A stretch of DNA of 64,000 bases from an uncultured Eubacteriales bacterium (GTDB lineage: Bacteria; Acidobacteriota; Aminicenantia; Aminicenantales; Aminicenantaceae): the NCBI GenBank assembly GCA_964429695.1, contig CAYSCS010000101.1:19901-83900 (forward strand), given 5' to 3'. The translations under genes and the position numbers were made by a program. How positions within the stretch are numbered: position 1 is the stretch's first letter; the number at the start of each line of letters is the position of its first letter. Below the pieces are notes generated by a model. The model was not told the DNA's origin. It saw only the letters and a list, made by a program, of their open reading frames with translations, and did no database searches. This document shows, piece after piece, positions 62,066 to 64,000 of the stretch.

Positions 62066-62850
62066 GCATGGGCACTGGAAATCTCTCTCCATTTTTATCT
62101 TTTTTTGAGCAACTGGGAGAAGTTGGGATTCTTTTTTTGAAGACGATGAAGAACATTTTCCACAGGCCCTGGGAGACAAAGATTTTCTTACAGCAGCTCG
62201 AAGAAATGGGAGTTAGAACCCTACCTGTAGTTTCTCTTACGGCTGCATTTGGAGGGCTGGTTTATGGACTCCAGACATACATAGCTTTTCATAGATACGT
62301 GGGGCCAGGCTCCGAAGCTTATGGCGGTGCAGTCATCTCTCTCGGACTGGCAAAGGAGCTGATTCCGATTCTGGTAGGTCTGATGGTTGCAGGAAGAGTG
62401 GGTTCAGCCATGACTGCGGAGATTGGGACGATGAAGATAACAGAACAGATAGATGCACTCTTCACTTTGGGTGCAGATCCTAATAAGTATCTGGTGGTCC
62501 CCAGGACAGTTGCCAGTTTCTTCATGCTCCCCTGCCTTACTCTCTACGGGGATATTATCGGCATGGGAGCCGGTTTTTTCTACAATGTTTATATAGGTGG
62601 AGTTAATCGAGTAATCTACATCAAGAATACCCTGCTCTATCTTGAGCTCTGGGACATTGTGAGTGGTTTAATAAAGGCTGCTATTTTTGGCCTGATCATC
62701 GCCATTGTCGGATGCTGGCAGGGATTAAAAACAGAAGGTGGAGCAGAGGGAGTAGGAAGGGCAACGACAAGGACAGTTGTCATTTCCAGTATCGGCATTT
62801 TAATAGTGAATTTTTTCTTGAGTAAAGCTCTACCAGCTACCTTGGGATAA
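62062..62850 (+). CDS. mlaE: Phospholipid ABC transporter permease MlaE
   Basis: A polytopic membrane protein of the MlaE/YrbE family, carrying 'GAVISLGLAKELIPILVGLMVAGRVGSAMTAEIGTMKITEQIDAL'. Confidence 0.88.
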   Translation: MSMGTGNLSPFLSFFEQLGEVGILFLKTMKNIFHRPWETKIFLQQLEEMGVRTLPVVSLTAAFGGLVYGLQTYIAFHRYVGPGSEAYGGAVISLGLAKELIPILVGLMVAGRVGSAMTAEIGTMKITEQIDALFTLGADPNKYLVVPRTVASFFMLPCLTLYGDIIGMGAGFFYNVYIGGVNRVIYIKNTLLYLELWDIVSGLIKAAIFGLIIAIVGCWQGLKTEGGAEGVGRATTRTVVISSIGILIVNFFLSKALPATLG

Positions 62851-62856
62851 GGGATA

Positions 62857-63603
62857 ATGATTAAAATCGTAGATTTACATAAGTCTTTTGGAGAGAATAG
62901 AGTGCTTCAAGGAGTGAACCTTGAGATTAAAAAAGGAGAGATAATCGCCATCATCGGGCAGAGTGGTTCAGGGAAAAGTGTTCTCCTCAAGCTGATGATT
63001 GGTCTCCTCAAGCCCGATAAAGGAGAAATCTACGTGGATGGGGCGGAAATCACCCGGCTTAAGGATGATGAGCTTCACAAAATAACGAGGAGATTCGGGA
63101 TGCTTTTTCAGGGAGCGGCGCTTTTCGATTCGCTAACTGTTTTTCAAAATGTTTGCTTCGGACTTGAGAGATATACCACTTATTCTCCAGCCGAAAAAGA
63201 GAAGATTGTCAAAGAGAGTCTAGCTAAGGTTGGGTTGAGAGGGGTTGAGAACCTTATGCCTTATGAACTCAGCGGAGGGATGAAAAAGAGGGTAGGTTTG
63301 GCCAGAGCCATTGCTTACAGTCCGGAAATAATCCTCTACGATGAACCTTCCACAGGGATTGACCCGATTAGGGCCGATGCTATCAATGAGCTTATCATCA
63401 GCATGAAAAAAAATATGAATGTTACGTCAGTGGTGATCACTCATGATATGATTAGCACTTATAAAGTTGCGGATAGGATTGCTATGCTTTATCAAGGCAA
63501 GATAATAGCCCTAGGTACCCCTGAGGAAATACGAAACTCTAAAGACGAAATTGTCCAGCAGTTCATCCATGGTAGAGCAGAGGGTCCAATTGAGAACTGG
63601 TAG
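62857..63603 (+). CDS. mlaF: Phospholipid ABC transporter ATP-binding protein MlaF
   Basis: Walker A is 'GQSGSGKS'. The ABC signature is 'LSGGMKKRVGLARAI'. Walker B is 'ILYDEPSTGID'. Confidence 0.9.
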   Translation: MIKIVDLHKSFGENRVLQGVNLEIKKGEIIAIIGQSGSGKSVLLKLMIGLLKPDKGEIYVDGAEITRLKDDELHKITRRFGMLFQGAALFDSLTVFQNVCFGLERYTTYSPAEKEKIVKESLAKVGLRGVENLMPYELSGGMKKRVGLARAIAYSPEIILYDEPSTGIDPIRADAINELIISMKKNMNVTSVVITHDMISTYKVADRIAMLYQGKIIALGTPEEIRNSKDEIVQQFIHGRAEGPIENW

Positions 63604-63671
63604 AGAGGCTAGTAGGGGAAATTGTTCTCTTTTTGGAGGTTTATTCTGCTAAAGAGAGGTTTTTATAGAGA

Positions 63672-64000
63672 ATGAGAAGGCGCGAATTGAAGATAGGCAT
63701 CTTCCTTGGGGTTGTGCTCTTGATTGCTGCTTTTTTTATCATGATCGTGGGAGACTTATCCCTCCTCTTCAAGAAAAAAGGATACCCTCTCGTCATCTAT
63801 TTTGATTCTGTGGCGGGCTTAGAAAAAAGAACCCTCATCCGCATGGCGGGGGTAAAGGTAGGCCATATTGAGGAAATCGTTTTGGAAGGAGGGAGGGCCA
63901 AGGTTACCGCCAACATTGATTTCGGGGTAAAGATAAGCCGTGATTCAAAGGCCACCCTTGCCTCTCTGGGATTGTTGGGAGAGAAATATGTTGAACTCAT
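63672..64000 (+). CDS. mlaD: MCE-domain protein MlaD, N-terminal part (runs off the window end)
   Basis: Manual translation gives 'MRRRELKIGIFLGVVLLIAAFFIMIVG...YFDSVAGLEKRTLIRMAGVKVGHIEEI'. This is a TM anchor followed by an MCE domain. No stop codon falls before the window end. Confidence 0.8.
   Translation, partial: MRRRELKIGIFLGVVLLIAAFFIMIVGDLSLLFKKKGYPLVIYFDSVAGLEKRTLIRMAGVKVGHIEEIVLEGGRAKVTANIDFGVKISRDSKATLASLGLLGEKYVEL

Overview
This window is a compact, low-GC chromosomal segment from a diderm (Gram-negative-type) bacterium. That is inferred from an Omp85/TonB-type outer-membrane barrel, LPS heptosyltransferase with gmhB, mlaEFD and a LolB-like lipoprotein; it is probably an uncultured or candidate-phylum lineage. 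Genes are tightly packed, often with 4-nt start/stop overlaps.

Housekeeping content, all read directly from the translations:
- replication: dnaE, polA, dnaN-dnaA with flanking DnaA-box and AT-rich oriC candidates, and dnaB
- guaA and an archaeal-type cofactor-independent phosphoglycerate mutase
- a fatty-acid/ribosomal cluster, yceD-rpmF-plsX-fabG-acpP-fabF, which lacks fabH and fabD
- etfBA, tatD, relA/spoT, rpmB, and gmhB with a GT9 heptosyltransferase
- lolB-like - ispE - tRNA-Gln(UUG) - prs - rplY - pth - rpsF - rpsR - rplI - dnaB - mlaEFD

Less ordinary content:
- a nine-gene rnfCDGEAB-rseC-orf244-apbE operon that embeds an uncharacterised secreted Cys-rich protein
- a TAT-exported DUF362 protein translationally coupled to a membrane-spanning NapH-like poly-[4Fe-4S] ferredoxin, convergent with etfBA
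- a signal-peptide-bearing Memo-AMMECR1 fusion plus an FmdB zinc ribbon, with no radical-SAM partner nearby
- a 987-aa protein fusing an HExxH metallopeptidase-like domain, a PD40 propeller and a C-terminal Omp85-type barrel; it sits in a lipoprotein operon right next to oriC
- a decayed locus where an internally deleted IS21-family element (istA N-terminus joined to istB C-terminus) interrupts an S41 C-terminal-processing peptidase pseudogene
- two unusually long gene-free stretches around a lone hotdog thioesterase, one carrying TTATCAA tandem repeats

No CRISPR array, rRNA or intact transposase was seen.
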